Shown: positions 19,701 to 30,340 of the stretch, piece by piece
Layout of the letters: every line of letters starts with the position of its first letter
Position numbering within the stretch: position 1 is the stretch's first letter
Source of the DNA: a virus
Virus record (IMG/VR): IMGVR_UViG_3300031772_002739
Span: 1 to 64,000 of that record
Direction: 5' to 3' (one strand)
Length of the DNA: 64,000 nt
Program-made: the position numbers and the translations under genes
The notes under the pieces: model-generated
The model's input: only the letters and a program-made list of their open reading frames with translations
Told to the model about the DNA's origin: nothing
The model's database searches: none

Positions 19701-19908
19701 GATACGAATTCATAAAGAAATTTTTACGTTAGTATACAACTCCAACGGTGGTTTTACGCATGATGAGGTATATTTCATGCCCATCTATCTTCGATATTTT
19801 TATATTAAAATGTTGGTAGAACAAAAGAAAACAGAAGAACAACAATATAAAAACGCTGAAACTCCTGCAAGTTCCGGTCCTATTAAAAAACCTGTATTTA
19901 AGAAGTAA
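19684..19908 (+). CDS. Small tail assembly protein (gp51-like / chaperone extension), start uncertain
   Basis: IHKEIF.L..GGFT..EVY.MPIYLR.FY; overlaps the upstream gene in the +1 frame. Confidence 0.65.
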   Translation: MTMEDKIRIHKEIFTLVYNSNGGFTHDEVYFMPIYLRYFYIKMLVEQKKTEEQQYKNAETPASSGPIKKPVFKK

Positions 19909-19980
19909 ATATCATTTCTGATTTTATAGTGTATTAACTATTTATATTTACAGAAGAATTATAACCATTTTTAAGAATAT

Positions 19981-22365
19981 ATGGCCGATCCAAATCTAGC
20001 CCGACAATTAGAAACCGCTAAAGATGTAACTGCGGAATTGAACAATCAAGCCCGGCTGATGGAGTCTCAACTTAGAATGGCTGGAAATTTAAATGTTATA
20101 CATGAGATTCGGAAAAAAATAGAAGAAAAATATCTTACTACAGAACAAATAGTTCAAAGTGTTCAAAATAGCATCACCAACAAGTTAATTAAAGTAGAAA
20201 AAATACAAAATGATATAAATAAAAGGTTATTGTCAGGAAGATCCACATCTGCTCAACAACTATTAATAAATAAACGTATTGGAGAATTATTAAGTGATCA
20301 AAATAAACTTATAGAAGAACAAGCCAAGTTGAACGCCAAAATATCCCAACATAGAACCGCGGAAATTTTGGGTCTTACCAAGTTTAAAGAAAAAGCCGAA
20401 CAACTTAAAGCTGATTTCGGCGTAGGTGGCTGGTATTTAATGGGGTTGATGGCATCCGTAACTATATGGAAAAAGATATTTACGGTGTTTATGGCGATGG
20501 ATGAATCGGCTGCTAAATTCCGTATGTCTATGGGATTTACCAGAGACGTTAGTTCTGCGTTTGAAAAAAATGTTAAAGAATCTGCTTTTCGCCTCGCTGC
20601 CGTAGGTGTGACCGCTGAAAAATTATATGATAGTATAAAGGCTATTGCAGATACAATGGGGTCTGCTCAATATTCTACTGCTGGTATAACGGAAGATATG
20701 GCATTGTTAAATTCTCAACTAGGAATATCTCAAGGTGTATCAGCTACTTTTAATAAATCGATGGCAATGGCCAGTCAAAGTACTATACAGGCTCAAAGTC
20801 ATATGGCTCTTTTTGCAGTAGAGTTATCAAAAGCTGGAGGAACAAATCTAGGGGAAATAATGAAAGATGTGTCGGATGCATCTAAATCTTCATATTCTTA
20901 TATATCTCGATCTCCTATCGCGTTAGTGAGAGCTGCTATAGAAGCTAGAAGGATGGGAACTAGTTTGGATTCAATAGTTAAATCTTCTCAATCGGTTTTG
21001 AATTTTACAGATTCTATTAACAAAGAAATGGAAGCTAGTGTTTTGTTGGGTAGATCTATTAACCTTCAAAGAATGCGAGAATATGCATTCGTCAAAGATG
21101 CTGAAGGAGTTAATAGAGAAATATTAAAAATAGCTAAAGAAACCAATTTTGAAAGATTGGACCCGTTTACTGCTGAAGCTGTGGCTTCTGCATTAGGGAA
21201 ACAAGCAGGAGAAGTATCCGCAATACTTCAAACCGACAAACAAAGAATGGATTTAATAAGACGGGCAAGAGAAGACGAAAAGCTAGCTAAACAACTCAAG
21301 TTATACGAAAATATAAAAGAAGTTAATGAAGATATAGTAAAAAAAAGAGCGGAAGATGTAAGATATCAGTTGATGACTCAAAATAATCAATCGAGAATAC
21401 AGAGTATCAGCTTGGCATGGCAGGGTATACTTCAAAAAGTTGGCGAAGTTTATTTGCCTATTATCGATACTATACTTGGAAAAGTTTCTGGATGGTTATC
21501 TAAAATAAGTTTTGAAGGTCACGAATGGTTGAAATGGGTGTTAGGTGTTGGATCGGCTCTAGTTGTTGTTGGGACAATTATTACAGCTGTTTTAACCAAA
21601 ATGTTGATTGGTCAACTCATTGGAAAGGCTGTAGGAAACGTCGCTAACGCAACGTTGACAGGAGTTTCTAAAGGCATATCATCAATGGCAGATCCAAAAG
21701 TTTTTGTTGGAATTGCGGCTATAGCATTACTTGGTTTTGCAATCAGACCGTTTGTCACATCAATGAAGATGCTGACCGGTCTTGATTGGAACAGTCTTGG
21801 TGTGGCTACCGCTGGGTTGATTATATTTACGGCCGCTGCTTTCGGTCTTGGTGCTCTATTAACAACTGGAGCTGGAGCATTATTATTTGGCGCAGGATTA
21901 TTGGGGATAGCCGGGCTTGGATTTTCTCTTCAACCTCTTGGAAAATCAGCGATGATGGCTGGTCAGGGTTTACAGATGTTAGGCGTAGGATTTACTGCAG
22001 TCGTAGATGGTTTTGATAGATTAAGTAAAATGTCTTTCGTTGGAGTGACCCTTGATATTATCAATATGACGGCAGCTATGGTTGATTTAGCTAAAGCCCT
22101 TAACCAAATACCAACTATGAATCTTGGTAAATTAGAAAATATAAACCTTAATATGGGAACGCCTGCTGGTGGTGTTGCGGCAGCAGAATTTAAAACTGCT
22201 CTGATTGACACGAATGCCAAATTGGATATACTAGCCAATAAACTAGATATTATAAGTAATAAAGATACAAATTTGTATATGGATGGAGATAAAATGAATC
22301 AGGTTATGGATAGAAGTAATAGATTTTCAGCAGGCAGAGGAACCAACGACACACGAAAGAGATAA
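19981..22365 (+). CDS. Tail tape measure protein
   Basis: 794 aa, helical, Ala/Leu-rich with hydrophobic Gly/Ala stretches; C-terminal LYMDGDKM; follows the chaperones. Confidence 0.8.
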   Translation: MADPNLARQLETAKDVTAELNNQARLMESQLRMAGNLNVIHEIRKKIEEKYLTTEQIVQSVQNSITNKLIKVEKIQNDINKRLLSGRSTSAQQLLINKRIGELLSDQNKLIEEQAKLNAKISQHRTAEILGLTKFKEKAEQLKADFGVGGWYLMGLMASVTIWKKIFTVFMAMDESAAKFRMSMGFTRDVSSAFEKNVKESAFRLAAVGVTAEKLYDSIKAIADTMGSAQYSTAGITEDMALLNSQLGISQGVSATFNKSMAMASQSTIQAQSHMALFAVELSKAGGTNLGEIMKDVSDASKSSYSYISRSPIALVRAAIEARRMGTSLDSIVKSSQSVLNFTDSINKEMEASVLLGRSINLQRMREYAFVKDAEGVNREILKIAKETNFERLDPFTAEAVASALGKQAGEVSAILQTDKQRMDLIRRAREDEKLAKQLKLYENIKEVNEDIVKKRAEDVRYQLMTQNNQSRIQSISLAWQGILQKVGEVYLPIIDTILGKVSGWLSKISFEGHEWLKWVLGVGSALVVVGTIITAVLTKMLIGQLIGKAVGNVANATLTGVSKGISSMADPKVFVGIAAIALLGFAIRPFVTSMKMLTGLDWNSLGVATAGLIIFTAAAFGLGALLTTGAGALLFGAGLLGIAGLGFSLQPLGKSAMMAGQGLQMLGVGFTAVVDGFDRLSKMSFVGVTLDIINMTAAMVDLAKALNQIPTMNLGKLENINLNMGTPAGGVAAAEFKTALIDTNAKLDILANKLDIISNKDTNLYMDGDKMNQVMDRSNRFSAGRGTNDTRKR

Positions 22366-22368
22366 CGT

Positions 22369-24840
22369 ATGGGAAATGATAATAGAATAGATCAAATTGT
22401 TCCACTGCCTGGATTTCCTCCGTTGGTTAAGAATGTGCCGGCCAATTATCCAATGACTCCACAACCAGGAAAAATTAGCCTTTTGTTTGAATATAACAAA
22501 CAAAACATTTGGAGAAAATTTTCTCCGTATACGGAGGGTGACAATATTTTTGGTATATTCCCTAATAAACAACCTTTTGTATGGAGATATATCGATGAAA
22601 AGAATAAATCTTTATTTGGTAACCTGCCCAACAGATTTAAGTCTTTCGAGTCTAGAGCTTTACCAATTCGATCAACTACGGATGATCTAGTTCGAGTGGC
22701 CAAATTCTCCGTTTCTCCTCAAGGAATAATATTTTACGCTAAACAATTTGGTCTTCAATTATTACAACCTTTTGACGAAACTCGGTTGTATAATCCTCTA
22801 TCTCCGATTTTGGCAACGCTGAATCCGTTAACTTTAGGTCTCATTGGAAAACCCACCAGACATATTGAATTAAGTCTTGGCGGCCTGCTAAACGCTGTAG
22901 GTTTGAGTGGTCTTAGCGCTGCTCTTTCAACTAGTATCATTGGGTCTAGTAAACTTTCTCAGGAAGCTCAAGGACAACATAAAGGAATACTTCGTGGTCA
23001 TACAGCCGGACTGGCCTATTCATCGCTTCAAACAAAGTGGGCAACATCAACAGGCATAGGCGGATTTTCAATGATGTCAATGATGAAAAATGCTGCCAAA
23101 TCTTTGTTTTTCAGTATTGTTGGAATAGCATCGCCATCAAACAAGTATAGAGCCGATGAAAATACAATGGAGTTAATGTATAACAATATAAGAGAAGTGT
23201 CCGTCAGAGGCGGCAGCTCTGTATTGTTTAGTTTTTTCCACCCTTGGTTCCCTGGTCGCCATAATAACACAAATATGCCGAAGATGTCTCCATATCCTCA
23301 ATCTACATGGTTGGGGGCGGTGGTTCCACTTTTTAGATTTGATACTCAGAATGAAAGAAATCAAGGAAAAATAAATGGAAAATCTGTGGGATACACAACA
23401 AGCGGTAACGGTGATAAATACGGAAATTATGTAGGTATGGCGCCGGACGGTGAATATACCGATTCGGATATGTTAGTTAATTATTCTAGATATTTAGATG
23501 AGAGAAATAACTATCTTAGTAAAATGACTCTTCCTCAAGATTCGGCGGTCAAAAGAGTCGATCAAAGTTTACAAAAATTATTAGATGGAATAAGAGACGC
23601 TGGGTATCAAGTTCAATTAGATGCAAATTCTCGTATATTATCTAATCCAGTTTCTAATGTAAAAGGATACGATAAAATAATCACCGCTACAAATTCCAAT
23701 GGAGGTGTTCGTGGATCGTTAAGTGAATATAAATTTACAACAAAAACGTTGGATGTTAATGGAAATAGGCACCCATTTACGTTTAAGTTTGCCTCTACTA
23801 ATAAAACGGATGGTATAAATAGGCTGCCAGTATTAGATCAGGGAAGGTCAGTTCCTAAAGATGTTCAGTCGGAAATTCCTGGATGGGAAGTATGGAAACC
23901 GTATGAAGACGATTTGATTGCCTTTTTCTTTTATGATGTAGTTAATGAAAGATATATTCCATTCAGAGCCACAGTAAAAGGATTATCTGAAACGGTTACA
24001 GGCAATTGGGATGAGTTAAGGTTTATAGGTAGAGCGGATCAAATCTATACTTATAATGGATTTGTGAGAACGCTTTCATTTAGTTTCAACATAGTTATCG
24101 GTAGTATAAAAGAAATGTTCCCTACTTGGAATAAAATTAATTATATGTTAGGCTGTTTGTCTCCATCGAGTTATACCACAGCTCAGGGAGCAGTATTTAA
24201 CAGATTTATAGTGCCTCCAATGTTTATGCTCACTATAGGAGATTTGTATAAATATCAACCCATTATTATGAAGTCTCTTATGCTTAATATTCCTGATGAT
24301 GCTGCTTGGGAAACTTTGAATGAGAAAAATTCCGACGATTGGCATTATCTGAATAGAACTATTCAAGATGCTTCTTCAAGATATAAATATGCTCAATTGC
24401 CAAGAGAAGTTGAAATACAAATATCCTGCGATTTGTTGGAAAAAGAACGTCCTGTTGTTGGTGCTGCTCACTTTGGTCATGCTATATATGAAGATATTTA
24501 TGGGAATCAAAATGAAAGAAGCGCTGAATCAGAACACAATCCAAGAGAAACGGAATTTGATAAAAGTTTAATTAAATATAATGATACTATGGAGCCGCCA
24601 CGAGAAGCCAGTACTATTGGAAATAGGTCGAGGGCTAATAGATTGCCGGCTGGCACTGATAAAGTTGTAGAAGCTAAGAATTCAGTTCCTCCGGTAACAT
24701 CTTTACCTACATCAGCTGGTGATATAGCTTCAAAATCTAGGGCAGTAAATTCTTTATCTGCTGGACCAAACCAGTTAGGAACACAGGGTCAAGCCAAAGC
24801 AAATTTAGGTGCTAAAGGAGTGGCTGCTCTTGGGCAATAA
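22369..24840 (+). CDS. Baseplate/tail-tube initiator-like structural protein
   Basis: IPFRATVKGLSE..W....IGRAD.IY.YNGF.RTLSFSF..PPMFMLTIGDLY tube-like domain; synteny. Confidence 0.65.
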   Translation: MGNDNRIDQIVPLPGFPPLVKNVPANYPMTPQPGKISLLFEYNKQNIWRKFSPYTEGDNIFGIFPNKQPFVWRYIDEKNKSLFGNLPNRFKSFESRALPIRSTTDDLVRVAKFSVSPQGIIFYAKQFGLQLLQPFDETRLYNPLSPILATLNPLTLGLIGKPTRHIELSLGGLLNAVGLSGLSAALSTSIIGSSKLSQEAQGQHKGILRGHTAGLAYSSLQTKWATSTGIGGFSMMSMMKNAAKSLFFSIVGIASPSNKYRADENTMELMYNNIREVSVRGGSSVLFSFFHPWFPGRHNNTNMPKMSPYPQSTWLGAVVPLFRFDTQNERNQGKINGKSVGYTTSGNGDKYGNYVGMAPDGEYTDSDMLVNYSRYLDERNNYLSKMTLPQDSAVKRVDQSLQKLLDGIRDAGYQVQLDANSRILSNPVSNVKGYDKIITATNSNGGVRGSLSEYKFTTKTLDVNGNRHPFTFKFASTNKTDGINRLPVLDQGRSVPKDVQSEIPGWEVWKPYEDDLIAFFFYDVVNERYIPFRATVKGLSETVTGNWDELRFIGRADQIYTYNGFVRTLSFSFNIVIGSIKEMFPTWNKINYMLGCLSPSSYTTAQGAVFNRFIVPPMFMLTIGDLYKYQPIIMKSLMLNIPDDAAWETLNEKNSDDWHYLNRTIQDASSRYKYAQLPREVEIQISCDLLEKERPVVGAAHFGHAIYEDIYGNQNERSAESEHNPRETEFDKSLIKYNDTMEPPREASTIGNRSRANRLPAGTDKVVEAKNSVPPVTSLPTSAGDIASKSRAVNSLSAGPNQLGTQGQAKANLGAKGVAALGQ

Positions 24841-24843
24841 TTT

Positions 24844-25143
24844 ATGAAACGATACGAAAATATATTAAAAGAAAAAAGATTTGATGGACAAAGAGTATAT
24901 AAAACTACAAGATACCCAAATATATTGCCAAGGACCGAAGATATTATTTATATCTCTAACGACGGAGATTATTTAGATAGTTTATCGTATAAGTTTTACG
25001 GAGACCCAACTTTGTGGTGGATTGTCGCTTTAGCAAATAATTTGGGGCAGGGAAAAATGTCTGTAGAACCAGGTCTTCAATTAAGAATACCTGTTAATAT
25101 AAACGAAATATTAAGCGATTATAGTGCGTTAAACACAGAATAA
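24844..25143 (+). CDS. LysM-domain baseplate wedge protein (gp53/gpX-like)
   Basis: GDYLDSLSYKFYGDPTLWWIVALANNL..GLQLRIP. Confidence 0.85.
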   Translation: MKRYENILKEKRFDGQRVYKTTRYPNILPRTEDIIYISNDGDYLDSLSYKFYGDPTLWWIVALANNLGQGKMSVEPGLQLRIPVNINEILSDYSALNTE

Positions 25144-25161
25144 ACATTATAAAGAAAAATT

Positions 25162-27765
25162 ATGCCCGCACCAATTGTACCATGGCAACCCGGAAATATT
25201 CCTTCGGAAATACAATCTGAGTTGAATCGTAGAAAGAAAAATAGGAGTTTCAATTATATTAATAATGCTCAAGCGGGTTGGGATAAAGAATCTGGGGATT
25301 GGTTAAAATATAAAGGTCCAATAACTTCGTGGATACGAGTGTGTTCAAACAGTGCTGGGGATTTAACAAAAGATGCTGCTGATCGAATTCCTAGATTTGT
25401 ATTGCATGGCGGAAAAGGATTTTATCAAACATATGGATTTGAACAAAAATCAAACGGAATAGGATATCAACAAACCATTGGATATTCTCCTGATGGAAAA
25501 ACTCCTCATATTATAGAAAATAATATTAAAACGAGTGATTATCCCATTCATGTTCCTTGTCCTGAAATTTCAAATCTTTCTGTTAAAGTTCAAAAAGAAC
25601 GGTTTAGACGAGCCACTGTGGAGTGGGTCTGTTTTTCGTGGAAACAGTTGGAATATTTGACTCCATATTTTTTGATTCCAGGACTCACAATATTAATTGA
25701 GTGGGGGTGGAATCATTTTAATCCTGAATCATTGGTGAAAATAAGTGATGTGGGTATATTAACTTCATATTGGGAAGATCCGTATCCATTGTATACAAAT
25801 CATATTCTTAAATCAAAAGGAAATTATGATGTAATTTTTGGACTTGTTAGTAATTTTAATTGGTCGGTCGAGCGTGGTAACCGAATTATTTGTACAACAG
25901 AAATTACATCCAAAGACAGATTGTATGCCGGAATTATTAAAGATTCTACGTTAACAGTAAGAAACCGATCACCAAAGGTGGATAAAGTTGGAAATATAAC
26001 CGATTCATCTGAACCGGGGCTAGTAACATCTGTTCAAAGATTTTTCAAATCGTCGGATTCAGGACAAAATTTTCTAGCATTAGCAAGAGAAGGTTCTTCA
26101 TATCTCCCAGTAGAAAACAGAGGAAATAAGGATGTAGTAGTCCTTAGAGATATAGCTCAAAATGTTAAAGAAAAATTTAGATCGAAGAATGCTCTCACCA
26201 AAGATGAAATTCAATGGTTTTATTTAAAGGATTCATATTTAAGAGGCATTTTTGCTGGAAGAACTTGGCCTGGAAAACGAGGCTCCAAAGATTTTGATTT
26301 TGGGTTAAAATCGGATATAAAGAGGTTTTGGATTAACATGGGTTTGGTAGTAGAATTACTTAACTATTTTTCTCAAAGAGAAAATACAAAAGACAAAGTA
26401 ATGTTTGAAGTGGATATAACCAAAACTGTTATTTCTGCTCATCCAAATTTAATTTCGTGTAATCCAAACGTGCTAATCCCCAACGCACATGCTCCAAAAT
26501 ATCATTATGGAAGTGTGGGAATACAATCTACGGAAGGTACAATTGAAGAAAAAAATGATTATTTGAATCAATTGCCAGGAGAAAAAACCGATGGAACAAG
26601 ATTAGCAGACGTTAAAGTAAGAAATGTATTTTATCATGGAGAAAATAAAAATGGAGGATGTTTTAGAAATAATCTGTCAACACCAATTAATTGGTATAGA
26701 ATTAAAGATTTTGTTAAGTCAGATAAAACCCCCCCATTTACCACTGGAATTTTTTCGTTCCCATCTACATCAGACGAAACAATATTGGGGTCTGTCTTGG
26801 AAAAAGATTATTCCGGGTTACTTTCCAACATTTATATAAGTTATGAATCTTTAAAATCTATAGTCTTAAATTCGTCTATAGAAACTTATACGGAAATTTA
26901 TCAAAAGATATTTGAAGTTGTAAATGGCGCTAGTGATAATTTCTGGGATTTAGCATTAGTAGAAAGCGATCAAGGAAAAATCGCCATCGCTGATAGAAAT
27001 TATAATTCAAAGAGTAATCTCAATAGTGGAGAAACTGTATATTCTTTTGATTATTATGACGCAGATAGCTTGATAAAAACTATAAAATTCACCCCCCAAT
27101 TGTCAGATGCTCAGGCAACCAGAGCGATTTATGGAAGTGTGAATAATAAAGATGGAAAATATTCAAACCCAGACAGAAACGATTTGATAAATTTTCACTC
27201 AGAAGATGTTATATTATCAAAAAAGGCAATCGACGATACAAAAACTATAGAAGAAAATAATACAAAGTTAGATGAAAAAATAGATCAAGCGAGACAACAG
27301 CATAGAGAAATTATAAGAGGATTACAAACTGTAAATGAAGGAACATCAAAAGAAGAATCCCTTCAAATGACAATATATGGAGATAGCCCATTAATGTCCG
27401 TTCAACTCCCCAATATTAAACAAAATCCTAATTCGTTTGAAATTATGAAATTTGTTTTGCCTGATTCTGAAATGTTAAGATTGATGTTGGATGATGGAGA
27501 TGAAGAACGAAATCCGAGGTATTGTGCTATTCAACCAAATATTAATTTGGAATTGACGTTGCAGGGTATTGGCGGACTCAGAACATTTCAATATTTCTTT
27601 GTTCGTAATCTTCCATCTCCATATTCTTCAAACGATGTAATATTTAGAATTACCGACGTTCAACATAGCGTTCAACAGGGAAGTTGGGAAACGGTTATTA
27701 CAGCGGGGCTGCTTCCATCAAAAGCTTACATTAAGAAACGTTTGGGTATCAATAATATAAATTGA
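25162..27765 (+). CDS. Baseplate hub-like tail protein
   Basis: PG.TILIEWGW and C-terminal LELTLQGIGG..F.ITDVQHSVQQGSWETVITA; synteny. Confidence 0.65.
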   Translation: MPAPIVPWQPGNIPSEIQSELNRRKKNRSFNYINNAQAGWDKESGDWLKYKGPITSWIRVCSNSAGDLTKDAADRIPRFVLHGGKGFYQTYGFEQKSNGIGYQQTIGYSPDGKTPHIIENNIKTSDYPIHVPCPEISNLSVKVQKERFRRATVEWVCFSWKQLEYLTPYFLIPGLTILIEWGWNHFNPESLVKISDVGILTSYWEDPYPLYTNHILKSKGNYDVIFGLVSNFNWSVERGNRIICTTEITSKDRLYAGIIKDSTLTVRNRSPKVDKVGNITDSSEPGLVTSVQRFFKSSDSGQNFLALAREGSSYLPVENRGNKDVVVLRDIAQNVKEKFRSKNALTKDEIQWFYLKDSYLRGIFAGRTWPGKRGSKDFDFGLKSDIKRFWINMGLVVELLNYFSQRENTKDKVMFEVDITKTVISAHPNLISCNPNVLIPNAHAPKYHYGSVGIQSTEGTIEEKNDYLNQLPGEKTDGTRLADVKVRNVFYHGENKNGGCFRNNLSTPINWYRIKDFVKSDKTPPFTTGIFSFPSTSDETILGSVLEKDYSGLLSNIYISYESLKSIVLNSSIETYTEIYQKIFEVVNGASDNFWDLALVESDQGKIAIADRNYNSKSNLNSGETVYSFDYYDADSLIKTIKFTPQLSDAQATRAIYGSVNNKDGKYSNPDRNDLINFHSEDVILSKKAIDDTKTIEENNTKLDEKIDQARQQHREIIRGLQTVNEGTSKEESLQMTIYGDSPLMSVQLPNIKQNPNSFEIMKFVLPDSEMLRLMLDDGDEERNPRYCAIQPNINLELTLQGIGGLRTFQYFFVRNLPSPYSSNDVIFRITDVQHSVQQGSWETVITAGLLPSKAYIKKRLGINNIN

Positions 27766-27796
27766 CTTGTTGGGTTTCCGTTGTATCCTACGTTGA

Positions 27797-29143
27797 ATGA
27801 TTGAAACCAAAGAAGACTATACTAGTTTTATAAATTCCACTGTGGATCATAGTTTGATTTTGCATTTGGTTCTAGATTCTTCTTATATCCATCCGACAAT
27901 TGATAATCCGTGTGTTGTGTTAATTAGAGATGTTATTTCTAAAAAAACGTATTGTATTTCTTTTGGTCATGAAGATTTGTTGGTAGTAGTTAACAAAGAA
28001 ATGTTTATAAAATTCCTCAACGATCATAAACCACATAAATGGGCTTTTGATATGAAGTCGTTTATTCAACATTTTTTAATAAATAATATTTATGATGCTA
28101 ATCTGTTGATATTTTTATATAAAAACAAAATGGTTGAATTAGAAAGGTTTGAAACTTCAGTTCACCAGTTTTTTAAACGGCAATACCCACAATCTAAATG
28201 TGTAAATAAATACATACCATTGATGAAACATATTGACACTTTTGATAAAATGTGTGAAGAGTTTTTAAAACACATTTCTGGTTGTGAGTGTGATATGGGG
28301 TTTAAGAAAGAAAATGAAGTAATTGTTAAAACGCTTTCACAAATCGAATCCAACGGAATTTGTGTAGATGAGAATTTGTTCGGTAGATTTTTTGATGCTC
28401 CTGTTTATGACGGCAAAGTGTATAGTAAATATAATATCTACACCCCCACAGGCCGCCCAAGTAATCATTTTGATAAGGTGAACTACGCTGCGTTGAAAAA
28501 GGATGGTGGGAGTAGAAATTGTTTTATTTCAAGATTTGGATTGGATGGTAAAATGGTTTTAGTTGATTATTCTGCTTTTCATCCACGTATTATTTGTTAT
28601 TTGACCGATTTTGATATTGCTCCTGAAATCAATATTTACGAATATTTAGCTCAACTTTATTTTCAAAAAGAAGAAATTAACGATCAAGATTTAGATGATG
28701 CTAAAATTTTGACTTTTAAACAACTTTATGGTTGGGTGGAAGAGAAATATGAACATATTAAATACTTTAAAAACTTAAAAGATTTTATAAATAGATATTG
28801 GCAAGATTTTATAAAAGACGGGTTTATAAAAACTCCATTATTTAAACGAATTATGATTAAAGATCATGTTTCAGGAGCGAATCCAAGTAAGTTATTTAAT
28901 TATGTATTACAGGCGACTGAAACCGAGTTGGGTGTAGGTATTTTACGGGAAATAAATACATATTTAAAGGGAAGACCAACCCTGCCTGTTCTGTATACCT
29001 ACGATTCCATTCTTTTTGACTTTCATGTGTCAGATGGGGAACAAGTATTATCAGACATAATAAAAATAATGACTTTGAATAATAAGTTTCCCGTTAAAGC
29101 TTATTCTGGAAAATCGTATGGTAATATGAATAGAATTTATTGA
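27797..29143 (+). CDS. Compact family A DNA polymerase
   Basis: TPTGRPSN, motif A VDYSAFHPRI, motif B AKILTFKQLYG, NYVLQATE, motif C LYTYDSILFD. Confidence 0.85.
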   Translation: MIETKEDYTSFINSTVDHSLILHLVLDSSYIHPTIDNPCVVLIRDVISKKTYCISFGHEDLLVVVNKEMFIKFLNDHKPHKWAFDMKSFIQHFLINNIYDANLLIFLYKNKMVELERFETSVHQFFKRQYPQSKCVNKYIPLMKHIDTFDKMCEEFLKHISGCECDMGFKKENEVIVKTLSQIESNGICVDENLFGRFFDAPVYDGKVYSKYNIYTPTGRPSNHFDKVNYAALKKDGGSRNCFISRFGLDGKMVLVDYSAFHPRIICYLTDFDIAPEINIYEYLAQLYFQKEEINDQDLDDAKILTFKQLYGWVEEKYEHIKYFKNLKDFINRYWQDFIKDGFIKTPLFKRIMIKDHVSGANPSKLFNYVLQATETELGVGILREINTYLKGRPTLPVLYTYDSILFDFHVSDGEQVLSDIIKIMTLNNKFPVKAYSGKSYGNMNRIY

Positions 29144-29196
29144 AAAAAGGATATTTCATATATTCCAGTTATATTTATGATAAGAGTATAATAAAT

Positions 29197-29829
29197 ATGA
29201 ATTTAATTGAAAAAATATTAAGTGATGTAAGTTTAGATCCAAAAGTTAAAAATGGAATGTTTAGTGTAGAAAATAACGATCATATGGATGTTCTTAGGTC
29301 TTATTTGGTAAAACGGGGTCTAAATGAGTGTGACGTAATAGAATTTTGTAATAGAGTCGTTGAAGGAAAATATCCTGAACGACAAGCGTTTAATACTAAT
29401 GGTATTCTTGTTACGTTTCCTACCCCCGAATATAAACAACGAGCGCTTCAACGTGGGACTCACTTTGAAGAAGATCCATCAAAAAGAGAACCAAATGTGT
29501 TTGGTGCTCAACCAAAGGCTCCAGAGACTGCAGCCCAACAGAAACCTGCAGCGCCCGACGGCACTGTTACATCACCAAAAACAGATTTGCCACTATCTAA
29601 AGCTGAACCAGGCGACAAACCTGATTCACAACAACCGGTAACGACATCTGCTCCTGAAACAGTCCCACCTACAGAACTACCGCCACCAATACCAAAGTCG
29701 GATGCGGAACGAGAAGCGGATAAAAATCTAATCAAAAAAATACTGAGTAGACAAGATTCGGTTTTACAAGAAGCGGTTACTTGGTTTGTAAAAAACGCTC
29801 CCATAGACGTATTAGATAAGTGCCGATGA
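29197..29829 (+). CDS. Hypothetical protein with Pro/Thr-rich linker
   Basis: ATG 29197 after TATTTATG; MNLIEKILSD leader. Confidence 0.6.
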   Translation: MNLIEKILSDVSLDPKVKNGMFSVENNDHMDVLRSYLVKRGLNECDVIEFCNRVVEGKYPERQAFNTNGILVTFPTPEYKQRALQRGTHFEEDPSKREPNVFGAQPKAPETAAQQKPAAPDGTVTSPKTDLPLSKAEPGDKPDSQQPVTTSAPETVPPTELPPPIPKSDAEREADKNLIKKILSRQDSVLQEAVTWFVKNAPIDVLDKCR

Positions 29830-29840
29830 TGGGGATATTT

Positions 29841-30230
29841 ATGAACGACAAAAGACAATTGTTATGTACTTTTTCTACTTGTGATTTATATAAAGATACG
29901 ATAGAGAGATTAAAAGATTTTTACGATGTAATCAACAATAAGTTTTTCGTTTTTGTTAACGGCATCGACCCAAATGTGGTATACATTACCTACAATATAA
30001 TTGCCGGACATTCCTCAAAATATCCTAATACCATTTCAGTTCACAGAAAAAAACAGACAAATACGATATATACATTGAACGCAATGAATCAGATTATCAA
30101 AGATGAAAATGGTGGCAATTTTAATAAAGAGTTTTCTGTAAAGTGGGAATTATATAAGGACTCACTTATTTTAACTGGCGAAGTTTCTCTCCGAATTATT
30201 CCCATAAAAATTCTTGTTATTATAAGTTGA
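29841..30230 (+). CDS. Hypothetical phage protein
   Basis: QLLCTF..TISVHRKKQTNTIYTLNAMN; between polymerase and SSB. Confidence 0.6.
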   Translation: MNDKRQLLCTFSTCDLYKDTIERLKDFYDVINNKFFVFVNGIDPNVVYITYNIIAGHSSKYPNTISVHRKKQTNTIYTLNAMNQIIKDENGGNFNKEFSVKWELYKDSLILTGEVSLRIIPIKILVIIS

Positions 30231-30340
30231 TTTTCATTTGATTTTAGCGTATGGTTAATATGTACTTAGTAAGGCAAGATTTAACCAGTTAGTTAATGAT
30301 TGACTTACTAAATTAACAAATTAAACATTTAAGGACTTAT

